Origin: Candidatus Omnitrophota bacterium
GTDB taxonomy: Bacteria > Omnitrophota > Gorgyraeia > Duberdicusellales > 4484-171
Length of the DNA: 64,000 nucleotides
NCBI GenBank assembly: GCA_037146775.1
Contig: JBAWWL010000008.1
Coordinates: 70,160-134,159, forward strand
Direction of reading: 5' to 3'
Shown: piece by piece, positions 1-9,695 of the stretch
Numbering within the stretch: the first letter of the stretch is position 1
How the letters are laid out: every line of letters starts with the position of its first letter
The notes under the pieces: model-generated
Seen by the model: only the letters and a program-made list of their open reading frames with translations
Told to the model about the DNA's origin: nothing
Database searches by the model: none
Position numbers and translations under genes: made by a program

Positions 1-257
1 AAAGGCGCGATGTGTTTGTGAAGGGATTGAGGGAAATAGGATTCAAGGATATTTATGCGCACGCAACGTTTTATGTGTGGGCAAGGTTACCGGCTGAATA
101 TAAATCTTCGATAGATTTTTCAAAATATTTAATCACGCAAAAAAGAATTATTGCTACCCCGGGGGTTGGCTTCGGAAAATACGGAGAAGGGTTTATCAGG
201 TTTGCGCTTACGGTGGATAAGGCTGTACTCGTTCAGGCGATTGAGAGATTAAAGTGA
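1..257 (+). CDS. aminotransferase class I/II, C-terminal fragment (gene starts upstream of window)
   Basis: ORF open to the window edge. C-terminus ...ATPGVGFGKYGEGFIRFAL... resembles DapL/aspartate aminotransferase C-termini. Confidence 0.55.
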   Translation, partial: RRDVFVKGLREIGFKDIYAHATFYVWARLPAEYKSSIDFSKYLITQKRIIATPGVGFGKYGEGFIRFALTVDKAVLVQAIERLK

Positions 258-709
258 AAGATGTTTTTATTGGGGTTGGCTCCAATATTGAAGATAGGCG
301 CACATATATCCATCAGGCAATAGAATACTTACGTAAGACGGCCGGAATAGAAGTAGAAAAGATATCTTCTGTAATCGAAACTAAACCTCAGGGAGGCCCT
401 CCGCAGCCCGATTACTTAAACGCAGTTATAAAAATAAAAACTGGCTTGGAAGCGAAAGCGTTATTAGGGATTTTGCAGGGTATCGAAACATTGTTAGGCA
501 GAAAGCGCGCGGTGCAAAATGGGCCGCGAACTATTGATTTGGATATTCTTTTATATGGCGATGAAATTATTAGGCAAGTCGGTTTGGAAGTTCCGCATCC
601 GAGAATGTTTGAGCGTGAATTTGTAATGCGGTCGCTTTCCGAGATTGCTCCGGAAATAACAGGAAGAGTTAATAATTTAAAATCGGAAGCTGAAAGACTA
701 CGGAAATAA
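254..709 (+). CDS. folK: 2-amino-4-hydroxy-6-hydroxymethyldihydropteridine pyrophosphokinase (HPPK)
   Basis: 151 aa. VFIGVGSN...PRTIDLDILLYGD...HPRMFEREFV motifs are typical of HPPK. Confidence 0.8.
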   Translation: MKDVFIGVGSNIEDRRTYIHQAIEYLRKTAGIEVEKISSVIETKPQGGPPQPDYLNAVIKIKTGLEAKALLGILQGIETLLGRKRAVQNGPRTIDLDILLYGDEIIRQVGLEVPHPRMFEREFVMRSLSEIAPEITGRVNNLKSEAERLRK

Positions 710-710
710 A

Positions 711-1559
711 ATGATTATTACGCGAAGCATATACGCGACAAGGAAGGCTATTGCTCGGGCAAAGGAGAGAAAGGAAAAAATAGGTTTTGTACCAACCATG
801 GGTGCGCTGCATGAAGGTCATCTTTCTCTGGTTCGGCGGGCGGGTAAAGAATGTGATTTTGTGGCAGTAAGTATTTTTGTCAACCCTGCTCAATTTGGCC
901 CGAAAGAAGATTTCAAAAAATACCCCCGTGCGTTCCGTCGCGATAGCGCGTTACTCGGAAAAGAACATGTTGATTTACTTTTTGTTCCATCGGTAAAAGA
1001 AATGTACGATTCGGATTTTTCTACCTATGTTGAGGAGACGTATCTTGGCCGGGTTCTTTGCGGGTTATCCCGCCCGGGGCATTTTAAGGGAGTTTGTACT
1101 GTGGTGACGAAACTTTTTAATATTATTACGCCGGATTTGGCGTATGTCGGCCAAAAAGACTATCAACAGGCGGAAATTATTAGGCGTCTCGTACAAGATC
1201 TGAATTTTCCCGTAACGGTAAGAGTGGCGCCGATTGTCCGGGAAGATGATGGCCTGGCTATAAGTTCACGAAACAAATATTTGAGCGTGTATGAACGTAA
1301 GCAGGCGTTATCGCTTTCTCAGGCATTACGTTTTGCCAAGAATATGATTAGAACTGGAGAGCGTAGCCCCCAGAAGGTAATACGTTGTCTGCGAAATATG
1401 ATTGATGGCTCTAAAGACGCAAAAATTGATTATATTAAAATCATAGATCCCCGTACATTAAGGGACGTTACCCGGATAAAAGGTAAAGTAGCGGTGGTGC
1501 TTGCGGTCTATATTGGGAAAACCAGGCTTATTGATAATGAGGTGATGTATGCGCGATAA
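711..1559 (+). CDS. panC: pantoate--beta-alanine ligase
   Basis: 282 aa. VPTMGALHEGHLSL HIGH-type motif and overall PanC architecture. Confidence 0.85.
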   Translation: MIITRSIYATRKAIARAKERKEKIGFVPTMGALHEGHLSLVRRAGKECDFVAVSIFVNPAQFGPKEDFKKYPRAFRRDSALLGKEHVDLLFVPSVKEMYDSDFSTYVEETYLGRVLCGLSRPGHFKGVCTVVTKLFNIITPDLAYVGQKDYQQAEIIRRLVQDLNFPVTVRVAPIVREDDGLAISSRNKYLSVYERKQALSLSQALRFAKNMIRTGERSPQKVIRCLRNMIDGSKDAKIDYIKIIDPRTLRDVTRIKGKVAVVLAVYIGKTRLIDNEVMYAR

Positions 1560-2364
1560 AAGATTAAAAATCGGTTTAGTCGGTTGCGGAGCCATTGGAG
1601 AAGGGGTCGCTCTTTTCATTGACAGACAATTACGGGAAAAAGCAGTGCTTTGGGCTATAGCGGATAGCGATACCGAAAAAGCCGAGGTTCTCACGGAAAA
1701 GCTTTGCGCGGTTCCTAAGATGCTTAACGTCGATGAGCTGATTAAGGGCGCTGATTTTATTATTGAGGCAGCTTCGGTAAACGCAGCCCGTTATATTTTG
1801 CGTAAGGCAGTCACGCTCAAAAAAAATGTTCTCATTTTGAGCGTTGGTGCCTTGATTGAGGACATGTCAATTCTGGAAAAGGCCAAAAAACGGGGTATCA
1901 ATATCTATGTTCCTTCCGGAGCCATCTGCGGCGTAGACGGCTTGGGTGCGTTGAGTTTGGGGGGTATCAAGCGTATTACCTTGACTACCTCTAAGCCCCC
2001 GAAAGGCCTTTCGGGCATCGATTATTTAAAGAAAAAGGGAATCAGCGTGGCGCACTTAACAAAAGAAAAGGTCATTTTTAGGGGTAATGTTAAAGAGGCT
2101 ATCCGGTATTTTCCGCAGAATATCAATGTCGCCGCCATAATACTTTTAGCTTCTTCATTTCAGAAGGTTGAAGTTTGCATCAAGGCTGATCCCGGAGTAC
2201 AGCGCAACATTCATCGCATCGAGATTGATACGGAAGAGGCAAAGGTAAGTATCGCGATAGAGAACGTTCCGTCAAAAGCAAATCCCAAGACGAGCACTTT
2301 AGCGATTCTTTCTACGCAATATCTACTAAAGAAAATATTTTCGTCTTTTAAAATTGGCAGTTAG
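1549..2364 (+). CDS. nadX: L-aspartate dehydrogenase
   Basis: 271 aa. GLVGCGAIG Rossmann motif; PSGAICGVDGL, KPPKGL, FPQNINVAA, ADPGVQRNIHRIEI and ENVPSKANPKTS match the Thermotoga TM1643-type enzyme. Confidence 0.75.
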   Translation: MRDKRLKIGLVGCGAIGEGVALFIDRQLREKAVLWAIADSDTEKAEVLTEKLCAVPKMLNVDELIKGADFIIEAASVNAARYILRKAVTLKKNVLILSVGALIEDMSILEKAKKRGINIYVPSGAICGVDGLGALSLGGIKRITLTTSKPPKGLSGIDYLKKKGISVAHLTKEKVIFRGNVKEAIRYFPQNINVAAIILLASSFQKVEVCIKADPGVQRNIHRIEIDTEEAKVSIAIENVPSKANPKTSTLAILSTQYLLKKIFSSFKIGS

Positions 2365-2562
2365 TTATATAATATATAAATTCTAAATACGAAACAGCAA
2401 CGGTTCGACTGCGCTCACTATTAATCCTGAGCTAAGTCGAAGGGCTAAATCCTAAACAAATCCGAAACGCAAAATTCCAAACTTGAAATTGATGTTTGTG
2501 GTTTGAGGTTTATGATTTCGAATTTGTTTGAGAGTTTCGGATTTAGGGTTTAGAGTTTAACT

Positions 2563-5385
2563 ATGATAAATGATTATATTATTATTAAGGGCGCAAAAGA
2601 GCACAATTTAAAAAATATAGATCTCAAGATACCCAAGAACAAACTTATCTGTATTACCGGTCTTTCCGGTTCCGGAAAATCATCATTGGCTTTTGATACT
2701 ATCTATGCGGAAGGCCAACGGCGTTATGTCGAAAGTCTTTCCAGTTATGCCCGCCAGTTTCTCGAACAATTACATAAACCCGAAGTGGAACATATCGAGG
2801 GCTTATCTCCGGCGATTGCCATAGAACAGCGTACCGCCGGAGGTTCTCCGCGTTCTATCGTGGCTACTCAGACCGAAGTGTATGATTATCTGCGTTTGCT
2901 TTTTGCGCGTATCGGTAAACCGCATTGCTATAAATGCGGCAAGTCTATCACTCGCCAGACTTCTCAGGAAATCATCGACCAAATACTTGCTTTTCCTCAT
3001 AATGACAAAATCTATATTCTTTCTCCTGTAGTAATGGGTAAAAAGGGGGAATATAGTGCGCTTTTTGCCCGTTTGCTTAAGGAGGGATTTGCACGTGTCC
3101 GCGTGGATGGCTTGGTATATGAACTAACCGAAAAGATTACATTGGAAAAATACAAGATTCATACTATCGAGATTGTTGTTGACCGGATACAGGTTTCGGC
3201 AAATTACAAGAAACGTATCGCCGATTCTGTTGAAACTGCCATTAAGCATTCGCAAGGTTTAGTGCTTGTGTATGACGAAACACGGCAGAAAGATTTTTTA
3301 TTCAATACCCGTTTAAGTTGTTCTTCTTGCGGTGTGTCTATCGGTGATTTAGAGCCGAGGATGTTCAGTTTTAATTCTCCTTACGGAGCGTGTCCGGCTT
3401 GTAACGGTTTAGGCACGAAATTGGAATTTGATATTGATTTTATTATACCGGATAAGCAAAGAACTCTCGGAGAAGGCGCTATCGAGGCTTGGCATAGAGG
3501 AACAAGGGGTTATGTCATGTTTCATCGGGCGCTGTTACGTGAATTTGCCCGCGAAGCGCGTATTTCTTTGGATACTCCTTTTAGCAAGTTAGAGAAAGAG
3601 ATACGCAGCAAACTTCTTTATGGCAGCGATGATCTTTGGGTTTGGAATAAACCGTTTGAAGGAGTCATTCCGCGTCTGGAGCGATTATTCCGGAGTACGG
3701 ATAGTGAATATATAAGAGAAGAAGTGGCCAAATATATGTCAAAGTTACCTTGCCCCGAATGCGGCGGAGCGCGTCTACGAAAAGAAAGCTTGGCGATACG
3801 TATAGGTAATAAATCTATCTGGGATATTATACATATGAGTATCGGCGAATGTTTTGAATTTTTTACAAAGTTGAGCTTAACAGACTACGAAGAAAAGATT
3901 GCGCATTATATCGTGAAGGAAATAAAAAAGCGGTTTATATTTTGCATTGATGTAGGTTTGAACTATTTATCGCTGGATCGCTTGAGCTCAACGTTATCCG
4001 GCGGAGAGGCGCAACGTATCCGGCTCGCAACGCAGGTTGGTTCTTCTCTTTCTGGGGTTATTTACATTTTGGATGAACCAACGATAGGATTGCATCCTCG
4101 CGACGACAAGAAGCTTATTAATACCTTGAAAAATTTGCGCGTACTGGGTAATACCGTCATTGTGGTAGAGCATGACGAACAGATGATCTATGCAAGTGAT
4201 TGGCTGGTCGATCTTGGCCCGGGTGCAGGAGCGGGCGGCGGGCGGATAGTTTATAACGGAGAGCGTCGAGGCGTGCGCACCGCAGATACTCTTACCGCAA
4301 AATATTTGCGCGGCGAAGAGAAAATAGAAGTACCGTTGAGGCGCCGGGCCTATCAAGAAAAGCCGCGCCTTGTTGTCCGTAAAGCCAGAGAGCATAATTT
4401 AAAGAACATTGATATTACGATTCCGCTAGAGTCGTTTGTCTGTGTTACCGGAGTTTCAGGTTCAGGAAAATCAACGCTTGTTGAGGATATTTTATACAAA
4501 GCTTTAGCACATACCCTCTATAAGAGCAGAGAGAAGGCCGGCGCGCACTTAAAAATTGAAGGTCTTAATAATATTGATAAAGTGATTATTGTGGACCAGT
4601 CTCCGATCGGCAGAACCCCGCGTTCTAATCCGGTAACGTATACCGGTGTTTTTACGCATATACGGGAAGTTTTCAGCCAGTTACCTGAGGCAAAAGTCCG
4701 GGGTTATACGCCTTCCCGTTTTAGTTTCAACGTGTCGGGCGGCCGCTGTGAAGGGTGTCAGGGTGATGGCACAAAAAAAATCGAGATGCATTTTCTTCCT
4801 GACGTATATGTGCCTTGTGAAATTTGCGCCGGAAAACGGTTTAATAAGCAAACACTGGAAGTTACCTTCAAAGGGAAAAACATTTATGACGTATTGGAGA
4901 TGAATGTTGACGAGGCGTACGAGTTATTTGAGAATTTTCCTCGGATACGCATTGTTCTGGAGACCATCAAAGATGTGGGCCTGGGGTATATCACTCTTGG
5001 TCAATCTGCCACAACACTTTCCGGAGGCGAAGCGCAACGAATCAAGCTTGCGGCACAGCTACGCAAGAAAGCGACGGGCAAAACGTTATATATTCTTGAT
5101 GAGCCGACGACGGGTTTGCATTTCGATGATGTGAAAAAACTGCTTTCGGTATTGCAGCGTTTGGTTGATAAGAAAAACACTGTTTTAGTTATTGAACACA
5201 ACCTGGATGTGATAAAATGTGCTGACTATATTATTGATCTAGGGCCTGAGGGCGGAGAAGGCGGTGGCTATTTGGTCTCTAGCGGGACTCCCGAGGAGAT
5301 TATAAAGTGCAGCGCTTCGTACACCGGAAAATTCTTAAAGGAAAAGTTAAAAACAAAACACGGAATAGCACTATGCCGAAATTAA
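2563..5385 (+). CDS. uvrA: excinuclease ABC subunit A
   Basis: 940 aa. Two ABC ATPase modules (GLSGSGKSSLAFDT / GVSGSGKSTLV, LSGGEAQRI x2) plus zinc-finger cysteines. Confidence 0.95.
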   Translation: MINDYIIIKGAKEHNLKNIDLKIPKNKLICITGLSGSGKSSLAFDTIYAEGQRRYVESLSSYARQFLEQLHKPEVEHIEGLSPAIAIEQRTAGGSPRSIVATQTEVYDYLRLLFARIGKPHCYKCGKSITRQTSQEIIDQILAFPHNDKIYILSPVVMGKKGEYSALFARLLKEGFARVRVDGLVYELTEKITLEKYKIHTIEIVVDRIQVSANYKKRIADSVETAIKHSQGLVLVYDETRQKDFLFNTRLSCSSCGVSIGDLEPRMFSFNSPYGACPACNGLGTKLEFDIDFIIPDKQRTLGEGAIEAWHRGTRGYVMFHRALLREFAREARISLDTPFSKLEKEIRSKLLYGSDDLWVWNKPFEGVIPRLERLFRSTDSEYIREEVAKYMSKLPCPECGGARLRKESLAIRIGNKSIWDIIHMSIGECFEFFTKLSLTDYEEKIAHYIVKEIKKRFIFCIDVGLNYLSLDRLSSTLSGGEAQRIRLATQVGSSLSGVIYILDEPTIGLHPRDDKKLINTLKNLRVLGNTVIVVEHDEQMIYASDWLVDLGPGAGAGGGRIVYNGERRGVRTADTLTAKYLRGEEKIEVPLRRRAYQEKPRLVVRKAREHNLKNIDITIPLESFVCVTGVSGSGKSTLVEDILYKALAHTLYKSREKAGAHLKIEGLNNIDKVIIVDQSPIGRTPRSNPVTYTGVFTHIREVFSQLPEAKVRGYTPSRFSFNVSGGRCEGCQGDGTKKIEMHFLPDVYVPCEICAGKRFNKQTLEVTFKGKNIYDVLEMNVDEAYELFENFPRIRIVLETIKDVGLGYITLGQSATTLSGGEAQRIKLAAQLRKKATGKTLYILDEPTTGLHFDDVKKLLSVLQRLVDKKNTVLVIEHNLDVIKCADYIIDLGPEGGEGGGYLVSSGTPEEIIKCSASYTGKFLKEKLKTKHGIALCRN

Positions 5386-7841
5386 GACGAATAGTATTGG
5401 TGGTGGCACTTCTTTTTTGCTGTGGTCAGTTATGCTTTCCGGCTGATAAAGATAAGGAAGAAGAAAAGTTTTTTATCTCAGCAAAAGCTTTCTCTGATGG
5501 TTTCTATGATGCGAGTCTCTCCCTTTTTAAGCGTTTTCTTGAAGAATATCCTCAGAGTAAAAATATACTGACCGCAAAACTATATGTGGCGAAGTGTTAT
5601 TATTTCAAGGAAGACTACACGCATTCTTTAGAGGTGCTTACGGAACTTGAAAAAACAACCGCGGCGGAGGTAAATACCGAGGAGGTTTTGTACTGGCTGG
5701 CCGAAGTTTATTTTAAGGGAAAAAATTACGCCAATACGATTCGTTATACAACGAATATTATCGAAAACTATCCTTCTTCGAAATTCATGTGGCGCGTTTA
5801 CTATCTTAAAGCTGCCAGTTTGGCAGAATCGGGAGAGGGGCTAAAGGCGCAAGAGTTGTTTGAGAAGATAGTCGAAAAGTGCAAAGACAAAGATATCGCG
5901 GAAGGTGCGTATGCACAATTGCTTAGCTGGTACTTTCAGCAGAAAGAGTATGTCCAGCTTATTTCGCTGGGAGAAAAATATCTTAAATATGCCCCCAAAG
6001 GCCCTTCAGCTGCGAAGGTATATTTTTATCTTGGTGAAAGTTATTATGCCAGAAAAGACATGGAGAAATCCGTTGCTAATTATCAACGCGCATTGAATAT
6101 CAGTATAGATGCGCACTTGAACGATCTTATCAGGCAGGGGCTTGGGTTTGCGTATCTGGCCAAGGATGACAGTCAGCAGGCAAAACGCATCATTGATTCG
6201 ATTGAAAGCGCTCAGCTACGTCTTTTTTGTCAGGGTGTATATTATTTTAAATTGAAAGACTATACAAAAGCTCTGGAAAACTTTGATGTATTCTTGAAGA
6301 CGTTCGGACAAAGCAATATTGTTGCCAATGTATATCTTAATAAAGCAGATGCGTTGTATGAGATGGGTAGGATCAACGATTCGCTCTACGCCTATCAGTA
6401 TGTGCTGAATAATTTTAAAGGTAGTACCTACTCGGATATCGTCGACAAAACACATTACGGGTTGGCGTGGTGCTTTTTAAAACAGGGAGAATTTAAGAAG
6501 GCGATCGAGGAGTTCAAAAATACGCTCAAATTTACGAATAATGCCATAGTCATGGTAAGTTCGCAGATCCAGATTGCCGACGCATATCAGGAGGCCGAAA
6601 ACTATAATCAGGCATTGGACATGTATAACGAAATATTGAACAATAACCCGAATACAATATATGCAGATTATATTCAGTTTCAGATAGGCATGATTTTCCT
6701 TAAAACGAAAAAGTTAGAAGAGTCGCTTCTTGCGCTTAAGAATTTGCAAACTGGTTTTCCTTCGTCAAAGCTCATTCCTCAAGCGCAATATTATTTAGCA
6801 GTCGGCTATTTCAGCAGCGAAGCATATCAGGAAGCGAGGAGTCTTCTGGAAGATTTCTTTAAAAAGTTTCCGCAAAGCGATTTAATGGCAAAAGCGCAGT
6901 ATCTTTACGGTAAATGTTTCTTTAACGAGAAGAATTATGAAAAGGCTGCCGACATATTTAGGGCGATGATCGGTAAATACAGCGATAAAGAAATGGAAGA
7001 GCTGGTGTATATCGATTTGGGCAATTGCTATTTGAATCTTTCGTTGTACGACAAAGCTAAAGATGTATGGGGCCAGTTTCTCGCTAAATTTAGCCAATCA
7101 TCATATGCGGCTTGCGTATCGTTATATCTGGGTGGTTTGTATGAGCGGGAAAAAAACTATCCGGAGGCCGAACGGTATTATCAACAAGTGGTGACTCAAT
7201 ATGCTTCGTCGAATTGGGCCAAAGAAGCGTATGTTTCTTTGGGGCATCTTTACTGGTCGAGAGGAGACTTGGATAGAGCGGAAACATATTTTAAGAAAGT
7301 GCAGGATAAAGATAGCCCGCTTTCGTCAAAAAGTAAATTGTATCTGGCTAAGATTTATATGCAAAAGGGAGCCGCACAGGATGCGCTCGTGCTTTACGAT
7401 GAGCTTATTTCTTCCGGGGCGGATGTTTCAAGGATAGCAACACTGGAAAAAGCATATGCGCTTAAGGATATTAAAGAATATAGCCGGGCGATACCGTTAT
7501 TCCGGCAAGTGATAGATGCGGGTATGGATTCGCCTAAAATTCGTTTTTCGCTGGGGACGTGCCTGGAGAAGACAAATCAAAATAAAGAGGCGATTGACGA
7601 GTATTTCAAGGCGGCATATATCTTTTCGAAAGATACGCCAGAAGAACCGGTTACGGATAGCGAGGAGTATACTGTCAAAGCATATTTTCGTGTTGCAAAA
7701 ATTTATGAAAAAGAAAATAAAACAGCAGCTGCAATAGAGATTTATAAAAAAATAGTCGGTTCGGACACAGAAGAAGCGAAAATCGCCAAAGAGCGGCTGG
7801 AAGAGTTAGGAAAAAGCCAAAAAACGCATACGGAAAATTAA
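5373..7841 (+). CDS. secreted tetratricopeptide (TPR) repeat protein
   Basis: Signal peptide (MPKLRRIVLVVALLFCC) then ~800 aa of TPR-like repeats (Y/W/A/L periodicity). Start set at the internal ATG after the uvrA stop overlap. Confidence 0.7.
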   Translation: MPKLRRIVLVVALLFCCGQLCFPADKDKEEEKFFISAKAFSDGFYDASLSLFKRFLEEYPQSKNILTAKLYVAKCYYFKEDYTHSLEVLTELEKTTAAEVNTEEVLYWLAEVYFKGKNYANTIRYTTNIIENYPSSKFMWRVYYLKAASLAESGEGLKAQELFEKIVEKCKDKDIAEGAYAQLLSWYFQQKEYVQLISLGEKYLKYAPKGPSAAKVYFYLGESYYARKDMEKSVANYQRALNISIDAHLNDLIRQGLGFAYLAKDDSQQAKRIIDSIESAQLRLFCQGVYYFKLKDYTKALENFDVFLKTFGQSNIVANVYLNKADALYEMGRINDSLYAYQYVLNNFKGSTYSDIVDKTHYGLAWCFLKQGEFKKAIEEFKNTLKFTNNAIVMVSSQIQIADAYQEAENYNQALDMYNEILNNNPNTIYADYIQFQIGMIFLKTKKLEESLLALKNLQTGFPSSKLIPQAQYYLAVGYFSSEAYQEARSLLEDFFKKFPQSDLMAKAQYLYGKCFFNEKNYEKAADIFRAMIGKYSDKEMEELVYIDLGNCYLNLSLYDKAKDVWGQFLAKFSQSSYAACVSLYLGGLYEREKNYPEAERYYQQVVTQYASSNWAKEAYVSLGHLYWSRGDLDRAETYFKKVQDKDSPLSSKSKLYLAKIYMQKGAAQDALVLYDELISSGADVSRIATLEKAYALKDIKEYSRAIPLFRQVIDAGMDSPKIRFSLGTCLEKTNQNKEAIDEYFKAAYIFSKDTPEEPVTDSEEYTVKAYFRVAKIYEKENKTAAAIEIYKKIVGSDTEEAKIAKERLEELGKSQKTHTEN

Positions 7842-7850
7842 GGAGGTACG

Positions 7851-8477
7851 ATGTGGCAGTGGATTGAGAAAGGCGGGCCGGTCATGATACCGATCATTCT
7901 TTGTTCCGTGGTGACTCTTACCATCATTGTGGAGCGATTTATTTTTTATCATAGCCGCATCCGATTTGATACCCAGGCGCTTCTTGAAAAGATTCTTGGC
8001 TATGTACGCAAGAACAGGATCACTGAAGCTATTGATCTTTGCGAAAAGAACCCTTACTATGTTACCAACATTCTGAAAGCCGGCCTGCTTCATCACGAGG
8101 ATTCCAGGGATATTGTTAAGGATGCTATGGAAAATGTTTCGCTCTATGAAATACCGAAATTAGAGCAGAATATAAGTTTTTTGGGCGCAATCGCTTCTCT
8201 CGCGCCTTTACTGGGATTCTTGGGAACCGCGGTAGGATTCTTGCGTTGTTTTTATGTTATTGAAAAAAAACTTGGGATCGCAACGTTCGCCGATCTTTCG
8301 ATGGGAATATGGGAGGCTCTGGTGACTACGGTATTCGGTTTATGTGTGGCAATATTCAGCTACAGCGCATATCGATACTTTTTGCACAGAGTAGGACTTT
8401 ATATGTTAGACGCACAGCGGGCGGAAAGTGAATTATTGGAAGTGCTCGCCCAACGTAAATATGTTAATGAAGTATAA
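7851..8477 (+). CDS. MotA/TolQ/ExbB proton-channel family protein
   Basis: 208 aa with 3 TM segments and the conserved C-terminal TM pair; an ExbD-like gene follows. Confidence 0.75.
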   Translation: MWQWIEKGGPVMIPIILCSVVTLTIIVERFIFYHSRIRFDTQALLEKILGYVRKNRITEAIDLCEKNPYYVTNILKAGLLHHEDSRDIVKDAMENVSLYEIPKLEQNISFLGAIASLAPLLGFLGTAVGFLRCFYVIEKKLGIATFADLSMGIWEALVTTVFGLCVAIFSYSAYRYFLHRVGLYMLDAQRAESELLEVLAQRKYVNEV

Positions 8478-8859
8478 AGGAGTTCACGAGCAGCAGATTA
8501 ACTTTGAACTATTCCATGGTATTGCATTTGCCAATATCGCGCTCTTATTGCTTCTTTTTTTTATGTTATACTCTTCTTTGTCTGGCACGCTCGGCATAAC
8601 GCTTAAATTCCCGCGTTTTTTGACTTCCCAGGATATGCCACAACAGATGTTTACGCTCGCCATTTCGGCTAACGGCAAAATATTTGCGCTCAATAAATTT
8701 GTTGATAGCGATACTCTCGAGCGTATGATAAAAACGGGTCACTATACGGCCGTATTTATCAAGGCTGACAGTAAAACCAGCTTAGCGGCGCTTACGGCTG
8801 TATGGGAGATATGTAAAAAGGCAGGAGTAGAAAGAATAGGGATCGCTACCGGAAAATAA
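8428..8859 (+). CDS. ExbD/TolR biopolymer transport protein
   Basis: Single N-terminal TM (IALLLLLFFMLY) plus periplasmic domain. True start is probably the ATG near 8461-8467, overlapping the upstream stop. Confidence 0.7.
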   Translation: MNYWKCSPNVNMLMKYKGVHEQQINFELFHGIAFANIALLLLLFFMLYSSLSGTLGITLKFPRFLTSQDMPQQMFTLAISANGKIFALNKFVDSDTLERMIKTGHYTAVFIKADSKTSLAALTAVWEICKKAGVERIGIATGK

Positions 8860-8869
8860 TATACTACAT

Positions 8870-9631
8870 ATGTATCCAGTCCTTTTGAAAATAGGTTCAA
8901 TCACCATATATACGTATGGTTTTTTGGTGTTTATAGGGGTATTGTGCGGTTATGTTGTCTGTATGCGGGAAGCCCAAAGGCAGCAGATAAACCGGCAGGT
9001 ATTTTCAGACATATTTTTTTGGACCGTGTTTATCGGTTTTATTGGCGCACGGTTTTCTTATCTCGTTATCGAATACAAAAGTTTTTTTGAAGATCCTCTG
9101 GGCCTGCTTTTTAACCGAGGCGGTTTCGTTTTCTACGGCGGTGTCCTAAGCGGCTTTTTGGCTGCTTTTTTGTTAACCAAGAAATATCGTATTCCTTTTT
9201 TATCATTTTTGGATATCATGGCAGTAGGGATCCCTTTGGGGCATGCTTTTGGGAGGTTGGGGTGTTTCTCGTATGGCTGTTGTTACGGCCGCGCAACCGG
9301 CTCATCCTGGGGAGTAGTTTTCCCCTTAGATTCCCCGGCAGGTTACCACTATCCAACCATGAAACTTATTCCTGCTCAACTCATTGAAGCATTTTTCCTT
9401 CTTGCTGTTTTTGCTATACTGCTTATTTTTAGAAAAAGAAAACGGTTTAATGGACAGCTTTTTCTTATCTATCTGATAAGTTATGGGTTTTTGCGGTTTA
9501 TTGTTGAATTCTTTAGGGGTGATTTAAGGGGCGAATTATTTTCTTTGTCGACTTCCCAAATTATTGCTATCATCTTATTGCTGTGTAGTTTTGTGTGGTG
9601 GCGTCGCTGGAGTTCCGGGAAACATCCGTAA
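8870..9631 (+). CDS. lgt: prolipoprotein diacylglyceryl transferase
   Basis: 253 aa polytopic protein with Lgt signature region (FNRGGFVFYGGVLSG...GRLGCF). Confidence 0.8.
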   Translation: MYPVLLKIGSITIYTYGFLVFIGVLCGYVVCMREAQRQQINRQVFSDIFFWTVFIGFIGARFSYLVIEYKSFFEDPLGLLFNRGGFVFYGGVLSGFLAAFLLTKKYRIPFLSFLDIMAVGIPLGHAFGRLGCFSYGCCYGRATGSSWGVVFPLDSPAGYHYPTMKLIPAQLIEAFFLLAVFAILLIFRKRKRFNGQLFLIYLISYGFLRFIVEFFRGDLRGELFSLSTSQIIAIILLLCSFVWWRRWSSGKHP

Positions 9632-9695
9632 GTATTCTTTAAAATTGGTAGGCGGTTTATCTAGCGGCGGCAAGGACAGATATAAGAGATTATAT

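Noticed and set aside
2520-2560. TTTAGGG/TTTAGAG telomere-like heptamers upstream of uvrA
   Set aside because: Only two units; part of the G/T-rich arm of the inverted repeat; coincidence.
2803-5201. Antisense ORFs inside uvrA (2803..3000 -, 3994..4395 -, 5001..5201 -) and similar minus-strand ORFs inside eno, nadE, TPR, HK and ABC genes
   Set aside because: They lie wholly within strongly supported genes on the opposite strand and have no RBS or motifs, so they are spurious.
8428-8466. Long N-terminal extension of the ExbD-like ORF (MNYWKCSPNVN...)
   Set aside because: It overlaps the upstream gene's C-terminus. The likely start is the ATG at ~8461-8467, and the ambiguity is recorded in the feature.
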